From an uncultured Anaerolineaceae bacterium (lineage in GTDB: Bacteria > Chloroflexota > Limnocylindria > Limnocylindrales > CSP1-4), in assembly GCA_964385975.1 (NCBI GenBank), contig CAYLSK010000001.1:1-43501 (forward strand): a DNA stretch of 43,501 nucleotides, read 5' to 3'. Of the stretch, positions 1 through 8,278 are shown piece after piece. Positions within the stretch are counted from its first letter, which is position 1. Every line of letters starts with the position of its first letter. The position numbers were made by a program, and so were the translations under genes. A model generated the notes under the pieces. That model saw only the letters and a list, made by a program, of their open reading frames with translations. It searched no databases and was not told the origin of the DNA.

Positions 1-48
1 GTCCTACGAGGCGCGTCCCCGATTTACGTTCGACCCCCACCCCCCCGG

Positions 49-348
49 TCACAGCAGCCATGACGAGCCCTCATCGACTACATCGGCGGCGGGTGGCGCG
101 ACGACGTCCGTGGGCTCAGCCAGGGCCTTGACCCGGGCACCGCAGGCCGCCTTGTCGCGGCAGCGCGGCTCGCTGATGTAGCGCTCCCTGACGTCGGAGT
201 AGGCGAACCCGCTGATGCCTCGACTGGTCTCAGCCGACACGAGGCCGACGCTGACGATGCGCTGGTCGACCTCGGGGACCTTGACCAGACCCATCGCCAC
301 GTCGCGATCCTCGACACCGCAGGCGAGGCACGTCCGGAGGGCGCTCAC
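49..348 (-). CDS. hypothetical early-region protein (99 aa)
   Basis: ORF in the track. GTGA stop/start overlap with the upstream gene at 345-348. Balanced amino-acid composition with several Cys. Confidence 0.5.
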   Translation of the reverse strand: MSALRTCLACGVEDRDVAMGLVKVPEVDQRIVSVGLVSAETSRGISGFAYSDVRERYISEPRCRDKAACGARVKALAEPTDVVAPPAADVVDEGSSWLL

Positions 349-1208
349 AGCTCGGCCGCCGGATCAGGTATGCCGTTCAGCCAACTCGGGCCTGCGGCGA
401 GCTCGTCCTTTTCGCGCTGCTTGGTCTTCGCCCACGCAGCCTCCTCGGCGACCATCCGTGATCGCTCGCTCACCTGCCACCTTCGGTCGGCGTCCATGAC
501 CGCAGCGAGTGGATCCCTGTCTCTCGGCGTCACTCGGATGACCTCCGCCGCGAACGCCGGCCCCGTCACGTCGTGCCGAGCGAGGACCTCGTCGAGCACC
601 GCCCGCTGCTTTGCGCTGACGCGCTTCCAGCCTCTGTCGCGCAACGCCTGGATGTCAGGGCGATCCGTCGTCGCGCGCGAGGTTCTCTCCGGTAAGAGAA
701 TCCTCGTCTCGTCTGAATCTCGTCTATCCTCGTCTCGTCTAGGCTGGACAGCTGGCTTGTCGCTGGTTGACCGGGCTGGCTTGTCGCTGGATGAAACGCT
801 GGGCACCGCTGGATTCGCTGGACTGCCGGCTGGTCCGTCTGCTGGAGCCAGCGACGGCGCCGCAACAAAGCGACCCTGCTCGTTTCGCTCGGCCTGCTCG
901 GCGCGCTTCTTTCCGCCAATCGCATTGCCATTCAAGCGGCCTTCGCGCTCCGTCTTGAGCCCGACGATACGATAGCTCGAGCCCCGGATGACCACGATGA
1001 TTCGCACCTCCGCGAGATAGGCCAGTACATCGTCGGCGAGCCAGCGAGGGAGTGGTGCCGGCGATGGGTAGGTCGCCTCGGCAGCCATCAGCAGGCGCGT
1101 GTAGGCCGCCCAGCGGCGGTCGTCGTCGAACACGTTCTCGAACTTCGGGTCGTCGACGACCGTCCAGTAGATCCGGCTGTACTCGGCCTCAGCCCACTCC
1201 CGTGGCAT
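345..1208 (-). CDS. replication-initiator-like early protein (287 aa)
   Basis: Internal ATG at 1208 forms a TGATG overlap with the upstream stop. Upstream of it the ORF is Arg/Gly/Pro junk. Two globular-looking halves are joined by a low-complexity Ser/Pro/Asp/Arg linker that coincides with DNA iterons at 700-845. Function is by analogy with lambda O only. Confidence 0.55.
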   Translation of the reverse strand: MPREWAEAEYSRIYWTVVDDPKFENVFDDDRRWAAYTRLLMAAEATYPSPAPLPRWLADDVLAYLAEVRIIVVIRGSSYRIVGLKTEREGRLNGNAIGGKKRAEQAERNEQGRFVAAPSLAPADGPAGSPANPAVPSVSSSDKPARSTSDKPAVQPRRDEDRRDSDETRILLPERTSRATTDRPDIQALRDRGWKRVSAKQRAVLDEVLARHDVTGPAFAAEVIRVTPRDRDPLAAVMDADRRWQVSERSRMVAEEAAWAKTKQREKDELAAGPSWLNGIPDPAAEL

Positions 1209-1396
1209 CAGCGCCAGCCCGCCGCGATCGCCCACTGTTCGTGGGCTGTGGACGCGTTGTGGAGACGTACGGCCCGAGCGGTCAACCACTCATCCTCGCC
1301 ATCCTCGACGCGGATGACACCCCCACAGCAGCACTGCTCGGAACGCGGTTCGATCCGATACACGCCCATGCCGCGCATCAACTCGACCTCAGTCAT
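1208..1396 (-). CDS. hypothetical small protein (62 aa, CCC motif)
   Basis: ORF in the track. ATGA overlap with the upstream gene at 1393-1396. Confidence 0.5.
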   Translation of the reverse strand: MTEVELMRGMGVYRIEPRSEQCCCGGVIRVEDGEDEWLTARAVRLHNASTAHEQWAIAAGWR

Positions 1397-1659
1397 GGCG
1401 CTCGCCTCCGCGCTCGCAGGTCGGGCCCACGCCGGGCGATCGGTGGCAGGGGAGCCCCACGGCGCGCGATGACGCGCACCGTCGCCTGAACGCTCTGAAC
1501 GGTCACCCCCAGCTGTCTAGCGGCACGAGAGCGATTGCCACGGTGCGCCAGCAGGACCTCGATGACGCGCAACTGGTGGGACGTCAAGCCGGCATAGCAG
1601 TCAGGATCGGGGATCAGCTCGGCCGGGACGCCACGGCGGGCGATGCGCAGGGCGCTCAC
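1393..1659 (-). CDS. helix-turn-helix DNA-binding protein (sigma-70 region 4 / LuxR-like HTH)
   Basis: Motif SRAARQLGVTVQSVQATVRV. GTG at 1659 gives a GTGA overlap with the stop of the upstream gene (1656-1658). Confidence 0.55.
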   Translation of the reverse strand: MSALRIARRGVPAELIPDPDCYAGLTSHQLRVIEVLLAHRGNRSRAARQLGVTVQSVQATVRVIARRGAPLPPIARRGPDLRARRRAP

Positions 1660-2225
1660 GCCCGCATCTCCGGCCGGACGAACGGCCAACCGGCCGCCGC
1701 ATAGACGTCAGTCTCCTCAGGTGTCGGGACGACCTCGCACTCGTACGCGCCGCAGCCAAGTCCGCCGCGATGGAGCTGGCCCGAGGCGACGTGGAGCCCA
1801 CGGCCGCGGAGGTCCGTCACGAAGCGCTGCGAGTAGGCGGCCGGACCCGTTCGGATGAGCAGGATCAGCCCGTACGTCTCAGGCGTGGCCGAGAACACGT
1901 CGACCTGGAGCCCACTGAGCGGATCGATCAGCTTGGAATACCGCTCGCCGCGCTTCGGGTCGGTCGGGTGCGCCGAGAGGACGTCGGCATCGACCAGCGT
2001 GTCGAGGCGCTCGGTCAGCCGGTTGATCTGCCGCTGGCCGAACATGCCGTCGGCCTCGGTCTCGATCCGAGGCACCGCCACGAGCTCGATGTCGCCGACG
2101 TCCGGGCGCGCGCGGCGGATAGAGCCCGCAATCTCCATGCGCTCACAAGCCGAGTTGATAACGGATACAAGTGATCCGGCGATCACCTCGGCTTCCATGA
2201 GCAGGAAGCGAGTTCCGGTGCTCAT
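1656..2225 (-). CDS. minimal family-X (Pol beta-like) nucleotidyltransferase, 189 aa
   Basis: GS-IRR-x5-GDIELV motif (the GSxRR...DxD/E NTase signature), a later LQVDVF acidic motif, and a C-terminal ...E.DVY...G.PFV.PE.R tail typical of Pol beta/X thumb ends. The ATG at 2225 overlaps the upstream stop (ATGA). Confidence 0.6.
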   Translation of the reverse strand: MSTGTRFLLMEAEVIAGSLVSVINSACERMEIAGSIRRARPDVGDIELVAVPRIETEADGMFGQRQINRLTERLDTLVDADVLSAHPTDPKRGERYSKLIDPLSGLQVDVFSATPETYGLILLIRTGPAAYSQRFVTDLRGRGLHVASGQLHRGGLGCGAYECEVVPTPEETDVYAAAGWPFVRPEMRA

Positions 2226-2569
2226 CGCGCGGCGGGCCTCGAGGCCGAGCCCGCCGCGCGATAGTTCGCCGTGACGTTGTCGTACGCGTCCGTGTGAAAG
2301 ACGAGGCGACCGCGCCTCTTCGTGTCGAAGCTGACCTCGACACCGCGGTGCCCGAAGCGCGTCCGGCCACCAGCCTTGAGGTTGCCTGAGAAGCCGATCA
2401 TGCTCTCGTCGACGACCACACCGATGACGACGTCGCTGCCCCTGAGCTTGTCGATCTCGTCCTCGAGGCGGTCGAGGACCGTCTCCCATGGTGCGCGGAG
2501 TCGAGAGCCTTCCAGCCTCCGCCCGGGCGGATACGGCCAAGCCGGCAGCGGCCGCCATGTTGCTCTCAC
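2222..2569 (-). CDS. hypothetical early protein (115 aa)
   Basis: ORF in the track with GTG start. Its sequence looks real (WETVLDRLEDEIDKLRG...), unlike the overlapping 306-aa frame, whose N-terminus is Arg-rich junk. Confidence 0.55.
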   Translation of the reverse strand: MRATWRPLPAWPYPPGRRLEGSRLRAPWETVLDRLEDEIDKLRGSDVVIGVVVDESMIGFSGNLKAGGRTRFGHRGVEVSFDTKRRGRLVFHTDAYDNVTANYRAAGSASRPAAR

Positions 2570-2603
2570 GGCACATCCGCCGCGTCGAACACCGCCAGCC
2601 TGG

Positions 2604-2900
2604 TCATATCAGCCCACAAGCGCGAAGGATGCTGACCGCCTGCTCAGGCGTCGGACAACCGCGACCACGCTCGAACTTGGAAAGATCACCCCGGTTGATT
2701 CCTGACCGCTCCGAGAGTTCACGAATCGACCAATCACGCTCGTCACGAAGCCTGCCCCATGGTGTCGCAGGCGCCTTGCGAGGAAGGCGATTTATATGGT
2801 TGCAACCATCGCTCACGCCTCGGCCTGAGTCGGTAGGCCTATCGCTACCGAAGGCAATCCGATCAGCCGTGGCGGGCATCCTGGTGAGCTGCTCGCTCAC
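2604..2900 (-). CDS. XRE/Cro-type helix-turn-helix protein
   Basis: WSIRELSERSGINRGDLSKFERG is a classic HTH_3 motif. GTGA overlap with the upstream gene at 2897-2900. Confidence 0.65.
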   Translation of the reverse strand: MSEQLTRMPATADRIAFGSDRPTDSGRGVSDGCNHINRLPRKAPATPWGRLRDERDWSIRELSERSGINRGDLSKFERGRGCPTPEQAVSILRACGLI

Positions 2901-3202
2901 TCCTCGTCCACCACCGAGATCCGGATGCGGCTGCTGGCCTTGGTATCGAATGTGACTGAGCGCGCCGGGATGGCGGACCGTGCGACGCGGAACCGCCCCA
3001 CGCGCGCTGCCCCGCCCTCGGGTAGCTCCAGCTTGGCGATCTCGGCGATCGCCGCCTCATGCGCCCCGTCGTACACCTTGCGAACGGCCTGCAGCGACGC
3101 CTTGCGCTTCTCGCGCTCCTCGAGCGCAGCTTCCACCTCGGCGTCGTCGATGACCTGCTCGTCGAGGGCCAGTTGCGGGACGGCTTTCAACTGGGTCGCC
3201 AT
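2897..3202 (-). CDS. hypothetical early protein (101 aa, acidic coiled-coil N-terminus)
   Basis: Internal ATG at 3202 overlaps the stop of the 60-aa upstream ORF. The upstream part of the long ORF is Arg/Pro junk. Confidence 0.55.
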   Translation of the reverse strand: MATQLKAVPQLALDEQVIDDAEVEAALEEREKRKASLQAVRKVYDGAHEAAIAEIAKLELPEGGAARVGRFRVARSAIPARSVTFDTKASSRIRISVVDEE

Positions 3203-3384
3203 CAGATGTCCAACCTTTCTGACGTGACGGTCGGGACGTTCGCGCTGATGTCGCCGAGCTTCTCTGTGATGAGCTCGGCGAGGGCCGCATTCGTGGGCGG
3301 CTCCGGGGTCGGTTCGCCGTCCTCCAGATCGTCCGGCTCGCGCAGCGTGATCCTGACCAGATACGAAGCGATGATCTTGCCCAT
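3202..3384 (-). CDS. hypothetical small acidic protein (60 aa)
   Basis: ORF in the track, in chain with its neighbours. Confidence 0.5.
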   Translation of the reverse strand: MGKIIASYLVRITLREPDDLEDGEPTPEPPTNAALAELITEKLGDISANVPTVTSERLDI

Positions 3385-3398
3385 GATTGGTTCCTCCT

Positions 3399-3623
3399 TC
3401 AGTTGCTACGAACGAAGGCCGCGTTCGCCTCGGCGACGATCTCGAGGTAGTGATCGGATTGGGCCTTCTCTGGCTGGCTGTACGCTCGCAGGAAGGCATC
3501 GCCCCAGCACTTCTCGCAGAAACCGTTGCGGGCATGCCCCCGAGCCTCCAGGCGCTCGAGCACATCCGGCGACGGCTCGGGCAGGTCAAGATCCTTCGTG
3601 CGGAGTTCCTGCTCGGTCGGCAT
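3399..3623 (-). CDS. hypothetical protein (74 aa)
   Basis: ORF in the track with plausible composition (CEKCWGDAF motif). Confidence 0.5.
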   Translation of the reverse strand: MPTEQELRTKDLDLPEPSPDVLERLEARGHARNGFCEKCWGDAFLRAYSQPEKAQSDHYLEIVAEANAAFVRSN

Positions 3624-3626
3624 GGC

Positions 3627-4655
3627 TTACAGCGCGTCCGCGACCGGCGCGGGGGTCGTCAGATCGGCGAGCAACGCAGCTCGCTGCTCATCCGTCAGCG
3701 GGATCCCGGGCTCGCGCGGGAAGAGGGCCTTGGAGCGTTCGACGGCGTACTCGAGCGCGATGTCGGCCTCGGATAGGGCGGCAACCAGCTCGGGATGCGA
3801 GATTGGGGTGCGCGCCTCAATGACGGCTACGTCGGAGACCGCGATTGGTGCGTGCCCGTTCGTCACTGGCGGGTCGTCCGGGAGCGGTGTATCGCCGGCC
3901 GGAAGCTGCGCGTCAACGCGTCCCGACGCGAGCGCTGGCCGTCCTAGCTCACCCCCAGCGCCAATGAGGTCCAGCCATGTGACGCCCGTCCGGATGGCCG
4001 GGACACTGAACTCCTTGGGCGGCTGGTTCGGCCGCTTGATCCGGCGCTGGTCGATCCACAGCTTCGCCGCGACGGGGCGCGCGGTCTGCGTCGCCATCCC
4101 GGCCAACAGGCTGACGACCGGCGGGAGCTCGACCGCTGCGTAGTAGCTGTGGCTGACCAGGAGCCAGGCGCCGAGATCCATGTCCGGCAGGAGCAGGTTG
4201 ACCCGCGTCGTCGGCTTGCAGGCGTCGCCCTTGGCGGCGAGCTCGGTCCGGTCTGCGGGATCCGGCGGGCACAGACACGGACCGCCCGTCAGCGTCTCTT
4301 CCTCGCCGGTGCAGCGGCGCAGGCAGCCGCCGGCGCCCCACATCTCATACCACTGGCTGAGCGGCTGACCGCCCGGCACGAGCACGTCAAGCTCGCGCGT
4401 CGCGGTCACCAGCTGGAGTGCGTCGCCGTCCGGCGATTCAGGCCATTCCTCAACGCTGCCGCCGTAGACCACCGCCGCCCGCTGGAGCATTCGCTCGTCG
4501 GCGCTGGTCAGGCGGAATGTCTCCAGGCGGGCCGGGCGCATACCCTTGCGGCCGTTCTTCTCATATTCGACCTGCATCCCGGTCCGGATCCGGCCAATCG
4601 GGCGGAACTGCTGCTGGAATGCCAGGGTCGTCCCGGGCTGATGCGTGATCGGCAT
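3627..4655 (-). CDS. early protein with a Cys cluster (342 aa), possible recombination/replication accessory
   Basis: ATG at 4655 lies 3 nt after the exonuclease stop. Cys pattern CLRRC-x13-CLC-x16-C. The function guess rests only on its position next to the exonuclease. Confidence 0.5.
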   Translation of the reverse strand: MPITHQPGTTLAFQQQFRPIGRIRTGMQVEYEKNGRKGMRPARLETFRLTSADERMLQRAAVVYGGSVEEWPESPDGDALQLVTATRELDVLVPGGQPLSQWYEMWGAGGCLRRCTGEEETLTGGPCLCPPDPADRTELAAKGDACKPTTRVNLLLPDMDLGAWLLVSHSYYAAVELPPVVSLLAGMATQTARPVAAKLWIDQRRIKRPNQPPKEFSVPAIRTGVTWLDLIGAGGELGRPALASGRVDAQLPAGDTPLPDDPPVTNGHAPIAVSDVAVIEARTPISHPELVAALSEADIALEYAVERSKALFPREPGIPLTDEQRAALLADLTTPAPVADAL

Positions 4656-4657
4656 CG

Positions 4658-5698
4658 TCAGGCCACCTCTGCATGTTCGATGGATGCGGCGAGCGCGTCG
4701 GCAAGGTCGATCGGGACCGTCTCGCCGAGCCAGGTGCGTGTCCCGACCCGACTCTCCTGGTCGATCCAAGCGAAGATCTCGCGGGCATACAGGAACGTCC
4801 GGAAGGGGCGCTCGTCGGCGCGCAGGAGCTTGAACATGTAGGTCTTCGGCGTGAGGTGCAGGACCGCGGTCCCGTCGACCGGCGGCACTGCGAGCTCCGT
4901 CCGCCCGTCGGGCGCGCCGATGAACTCGCCGTTGCGGTAGGCGGCGGTCTGGAGGGTGACCTCGTGATAGATCGCCTTGCCCGACTTGTAGTCGGTGCAC
5001 AAGCTCAGCCAGCCCGGTTCACCACCGGCCCGCTCATGGACGAAGGGCCGGCTCATCCACGGCGGCGGGCTCCATTCGTCGGGCACCTTGACTCGCAGGA
5101 AGGCGTCGGACTGGCCGCCGTACGAGCGGGTCCGGTTGTAGATCCGCGCCTCGGTGGCGAGATAGACCGGCCGATAGTCATTGAGGAAGCGAACGAACGA
5201 GGCCATCTTCGGCGCGATGTGCTCAGGCCAGACCGGAATCATCCCGGTCGCGGCGTAGATCCGGGCGCCCTCGCGGGCGTGTTCGAGGACGAACGCCTCG
5301 GCCGCATCATGGACATCAGATCCCGTTTCGGCGGCCAAGTCGCGGACTCGATCGGCCGCGCCCTTGAGCCAGCGCAGGGCGAGCCCCTGGGACGTCTCGT
5401 CGGCCTTTTCGAGCTTCATGCCCTGAGCCCGCAAGTCGGCGATATAGCGCGAGCCCTCCGCCGCCCAGCGGCGAGCGATCGCGGACGCGCGGCTGTTGGG
5501 ACCGTGCGACATGACGTCGGCGTAGGCCAGCTCGGCGACGAGCTTCGCGTACCACGCCTGCAGATGCTTCGGGACGCCGCCCGAGATCATCGTGGTGACG
5601 CTGTAGAACTCCTCGAGCGCGCCGGTTCCCTCCCACCGCCATAGACGCTGCCCTTCCTCGTCGAGGCGGGCGCCCGAGGGCTGCTGGCGTGCGCTCAC
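4658..5698 (-). CDS. PD-(D/E)XK exonuclease, RecB/Cas4-like
   Basis: Motifs GGQSDAFLRV (D), LCTDYKSGK (D-x-K) and LQTAAY (QxxxY) occur in the canonical order. GTG at 5698 forms a GTGA overlap with the upstream stop. An alternative ATG lies at 5713. Confidence 0.65.
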   Translation of the reverse strand: MSARQQPSGARLDEEGQRLWRWEGTGALEEFYSVTTMISGGVPKHLQAWYAKLVAELAYADVMSHGPNSRASAIARRWAAEGSRYIADLRAQGMKLEKADETSQGLALRWLKGAADRVRDLAAETGSDVHDAAEAFVLEHAREGARIYAATGMIPVWPEHIAPKMASFVRFLNDYRPVYLATEARIYNRTRSYGGQSDAFLRVKVPDEWSPPPWMSRPFVHERAGGEPGWLSLCTDYKSGKAIYHEVTLQTAAYRNGEFIGAPDGRTELAVPPVDGTAVLHLTPKTYMFKLLRADERPFRTFLYAREIFAWIDQESRVGTRTWLGETVPIDLADALAASIEHAEVA

Positions 5699-5928
5699 TT
5701 TTTGTCGCCCCATGCGAACCTGGTCTGGGTGTCGCTCATCAGGGCACGCTGCGTCAGCCGATCGAGCTCCCGGGTGCAGTCGCCGCACTTGAACGCCACC
5801 GGATGGTCGAAACGCTCCTCGTGGCGTGGCGATCCGCACAGCGCGCGGACATGCTGACGACCGACTAGGAAGGCATGACCCTCGCCACCGGGCCCGGCAT
5901 GCCAGCGGGCATCAGGAGGCGGCTTCAT
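5695..5928 (-). CDS. hypothetical protein (77 aa, Cys/His-rich)
   Basis: ORF in the track, with the pattern CGSPRH...FKCGDC. Confidence 0.45.
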   Translation of the reverse strand: MKPPPDARWHAGPGGEGHAFLVGRQHVRALCGSPRHEERFDHPVAFKCGDCTRELDRLTQRALMSDTQTRFAWGDKK

Positions 5929-6134
5929 CAGCGGTTGCCGTCGAGCAGGCGCAACTCGCTCTCAGTGAGCCCGACGCCGTAGCGGACGAACGTCGCCAGT
6001 TGCCGCCGGCAGAGGCGGCAATCGGTCCGGGGCTCCCGGTCCGCATGGGCGCCGCGGCGGTGCGCCGCGACCGCCTGTCGGGCGGCATGGATGGTGACGG
6101 TACTCGGCGGGGCGGTCGCTGCATCGGTCGTCAT
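5928..6134 (-). CDS. hypothetical protein (68 aa)
   Basis: ORF in the track. I prefer the internal ATG (MTTDAAT...). The longest form starts at 6170. Confidence 0.4.
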   Translation of the reverse strand: MTTDAATAPPSTVTIHAARQAVAAHRRGAHADREPRTDCRLCRRQLATFVRYGVGLTESELRLLDGNR

Positions 6135-6198
6135 GTGCCGTTCTCCCACGTTGGTCCGCCGACCCTGCAACCATCTTCGACAGCAGGGCCGGCGGAAC

Positions 6199-6471
6199 CT
6201 ATGCCCCCGGCGGCTTGCCGGTAGACGAACCTCTCGGCTCGCCGGCGGAACCGTCTACACCGGACCTCGCCCCAACGTGGGGAAGGGTCGAGGTGGGAGA
6301 CGGCTCCGCTGGGGAGCGGAGCGGGCTTGGATGCTCAACGGCCACGAGCTCGGAGTAGGCGATGGCCTGGCGCGGCGTCGCCCAGCGCGGGCCGCAGTAG
6401 CGCTTGTCGAGGCCGGTTTCCGTCACGTAGCAACGGAAGGCACCGTCCACATGAGCGATCTGTACTGTCAC
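6199..6471 (-). CDS. hypothetical protein (90 aa)
   Basis: GTG at 6471 makes a GTGA overlap with the HNH stop. The N-terminal half looks real and the C-terminal tail is low complexity. Confidence 0.4.
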   Translation of the reverse strand: MTVQIAHVDGAFRCYVTETGLDKRYCGPRWATPRQAIAYSELVAVEHPSPLRSPAEPSPTSTLPHVGARSGVDGSAGEPRGSSTGKPPGA

Positions 6472-6938
6472 GACAGATGGCCCCACGACTTACCGTGGAC
6501 GATCGCGTAGATGCTTGATCGGCTGACGCCATACTCGTCGGCGAGGCGCGCCATGTTGTCTGGATGCCCGCGACCTGGCCGGAACCGCCTTCGGACATCG
6601 TGGACTTGCTGCGAAGTCAGCTTCGCGGTATGGCATCGCGCTCCGCGTACCGTTCGTTCCGGATGCGTCCAGCGGCCATTCCGTCCCTTCGCGGCGGAGT
6701 CGCGCTGGTTGTCGGTATTCGTTCCAAGGAAGAGATGGTCGGGTCGCAAACATGGCGGGTTGTCGCAGCGATGCAAAACCCACAAACCATCAGGAATGTC
6801 GCCAAAGGCCATGGTGTAGGACAGCCGATGCGTATAGCGCCGGCCGATCTGGCCGTAGCCCTTCGGGATCCGCCGACCAGTCCATTCCCAGCACGGTCCA
6901 AGTTCGGTGCCGTCGTGATTGATTTGGACCTGCGTCAT
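6468..6938 (-). CDS. HNH homing-type endonuclease
   Basis: HRCDNPPCLRPDHLFLGTNTDNQRD is the HNH_3-type core. A C-terminal HTH-like segment (LADEYGVSRSSIYAIV) follows. Confidence 0.75.
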   Translation of the reverse strand: MTQVQINHDGTELGPCWEWTGRRIPKGYGQIGRRYTHRLSYTMAFGDIPDGLWVLHRCDNPPCLRPDHLFLGTNTDNQRDSAAKGRNGRWTHPERTVRGARCHTAKLTSQQVHDVRRRFRPGRGHPDNMARLADEYGVSRSSIYAIVHGKSWGHLS

Positions 6939-7342
6939 GTCGTCGGCTCCGTCTCGGGATCAGCGGCGATCTCGGCGGCATGCTTCCGAGCGACGTGGCG
7001 GCTCAGCTGATAGACGTGCTCACCGCAGAATGGGCAGGCACCGGCGGCGGCGCGGTTGCGCAACTTTGTGGCCTGTCCCTTCCACGCCCGCCGGCTGGCT
7101 TCGGCTTGATCAGCTGCGGCGCGCGCGGCGGAAGCCCGGTCCTCGGCCTCCTTGTGCAATCGGCGATAACGGTTGGCTTCGCTTTCGGACCAGTTGACGT
7201 AGTGCCCGTTTGGGCAGCAGAACGAGCGGCCATCGTCCCAGCGTGCCCGGTAAAGGTCATTCGGGATGGCGAATGGGATGCCGCAATTGCCACAGCTGGT
7301 CACGGTCAACGTCGTCGAATAGACGTAGGTGCGCGTCGTCAC
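6935..7342 (-). CDS. zinc-finger protein (135 aa)
   Basis: CGNCG...CCPNGH...CPFCGEH motifs with a coiled-coil middle section. GTGA overlap at 7339-7342. Confidence 0.5.
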   Translation of the reverse strand: MTTRTYVYSTTLTVTSCGNCGIPFAIPNDLYRARWDDGRSFCCPNGHYVNWSESEANRYRRLHKEAEDRASAARAAADQAEASRRAWKGQATKLRNRAAAGACPFCGEHVYQLSRHVARKHAAEIAADPETEPTT

Positions 7343-7554
7343 GCCCGCTCCCCCGGCTCGACCAGCTCCAGGACGTCGCGCCGCCCGATCCAATCGCCTG
7401 GTGAGGCGCGTCGGTGCAGAGCCCGGATCTCGACGCCGATCACTGCCAGCCCATAGCGCACGTGGGCCACCACGGCCGCGTCGACGCCAGCCGCTTCGAG
7501 GTCGGCCAGCAGCCGGCGGGCGGTGACGATCGGTGGGGCGGCGAGGTCGGTCAT
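7339..7554 (-). CDS. hypothetical protein (71 aa)
   Basis: ORF in the track, with an ATGA overlap to the upstream gene. Confidence 0.45.
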   Translation of the reverse strand: MTDLAAPPIVTARRLLADLEAAGVDAAVVAHVRYGLAVIGVEIRALHRRASPGDWIGRRDVLELVEPGERA

Positions 7555-7736
7555 CGAAGCTCTTCGAGCAGCTTCACGAAGTACGGTGCGGCGCCCTCGC
7601 CGTAGGTCTTCGGACTCTCCTTGAGCAAGTGCCTGACTTCCGACCAGAACTTCTCGGGATCATCGCGATAGCGACGGTCCCATTCGGTGAACGCGGCGAT
7701 GAACTCACCTACCGAGGCGACGATTTGGGTCTGCAT
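7551..7736 (-). CDS. hypothetical protein (61 aa)
   Basis: ORF in the track with well-balanced composition (FTEWDRRYRDDPEKFW). Confidence 0.5.
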   Translation of the reverse strand: MQTQIVASVGEFIAAFTEWDRRYRDDPEKFWSEVRHLLKESPKTYGEGAAPYFVKLLEELR

Positions 7737-7766
7737 TCGAAAAGGCTCCCTACTTGCTTGCGGTCA

Positions 7767-7973
7767 TCACGCCGCACCGCCCACCCACGCCAACAGAACG
7801 ACGATCCCCACCAGCCATGCGCCGAGGAACGCGGCCAGCAGCGCCACGGTGGCCAGCTGGGAGGCGGCGGGGCGGTGCGCTTGCTCGCGCGTCACAGCGC
7901 CACCCGGACGCCCATCGAGAGCAGCTGGGCCACGACGAGGGCGAGAAGGAGAAGGAAAGGTGACGGGAGTCAT
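7767..7973 (-). CDS. small membrane protein (C-terminal TM helix)
   Basis: The C-terminus LATVALLAAFLGAWLVGIVVLLAWV is a TM helix. ATG at 7973 overlaps the upstream micro-ORF stop (ATGA). GC3 is poor in the first third, so GTG 7895 is an alternative start. Confidence 0.4.
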   Translation of the reverse strand: MTPVTFPSPSRPRRGPAALDGRPGGAVTREQAHRPAASQLATVALLAAFLGAWLVGIVVLLAWVGGAA

Positions 7974-8059
7974 GGCCGCGGCCTCAGGGCCAGGTACGCC
8001 GACACGACCGCGAAGCCGATCGCGAGGCCCAGGAGCAGCGGGCCGAGGAGGTCGGTCAT
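7970..8059 (-). CDS. 29-aa single-TM micro-protein (MTDLLGPLLLGLAIGFAVVSAYLALRPRP)
   Basis: Below the length cut-off of the ORF track, so I translated it by hand. There are ATGA overlaps at both ends (8056-8059 and 7970-7973) and high GC3. Confidence 0.4.
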   Translation of the reverse strand: MTDLLGPLLLGLAIGFAVVSAYLALRPRP

Positions 8060-8271
8060 GCCGGGATCTCGATCGCCGGCCTGTCGTCGCGGCTGATCCG
8101 GAAGGACGCGAGCCACTGATTGACCGTGACGCGGTGAACACCGAGCGCCTTCGCGATCTCTTCCTGGGTATGTCGTTGGTCGACGTACAGCTCTCGAAGG
8201 AGTTCGGGAAGCTGCCGGCCGGTGCGTCCTTCCACCACCTGTTCAGCGCGGCTCTTGATTCGGGTGTCCAT
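8056..8271 (-). CDS. Cro-like HTH regulator, first gene of the leftward early operon
   Basis: HTH motif QEEIAKALGVHRVTVNQWL. Divergent from the cI-like gene. The ATG at 8271 lies 7 nt downstream of a -10 box. Confidence 0.6.
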   Translation of the reverse strand: MDTRIKSRAEQVVEGRTGRQLPELLRELYVDQRHTQEEIAKALGVHRVTVNQWLASFRISRDDRPAIEIPA

Positions 8272-8278
8272 CGCGTGC

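Noticed and set aside
1656-2576. The full 306-aa ORF as a single protein.
   Set aside because: The first 117 residues are Arg/Gly/Gln junk overlapping the better 115-aa ORF in another frame (2222..2569). The internal ATG at 2225 forms an ATGA overlap with that gene's stop.
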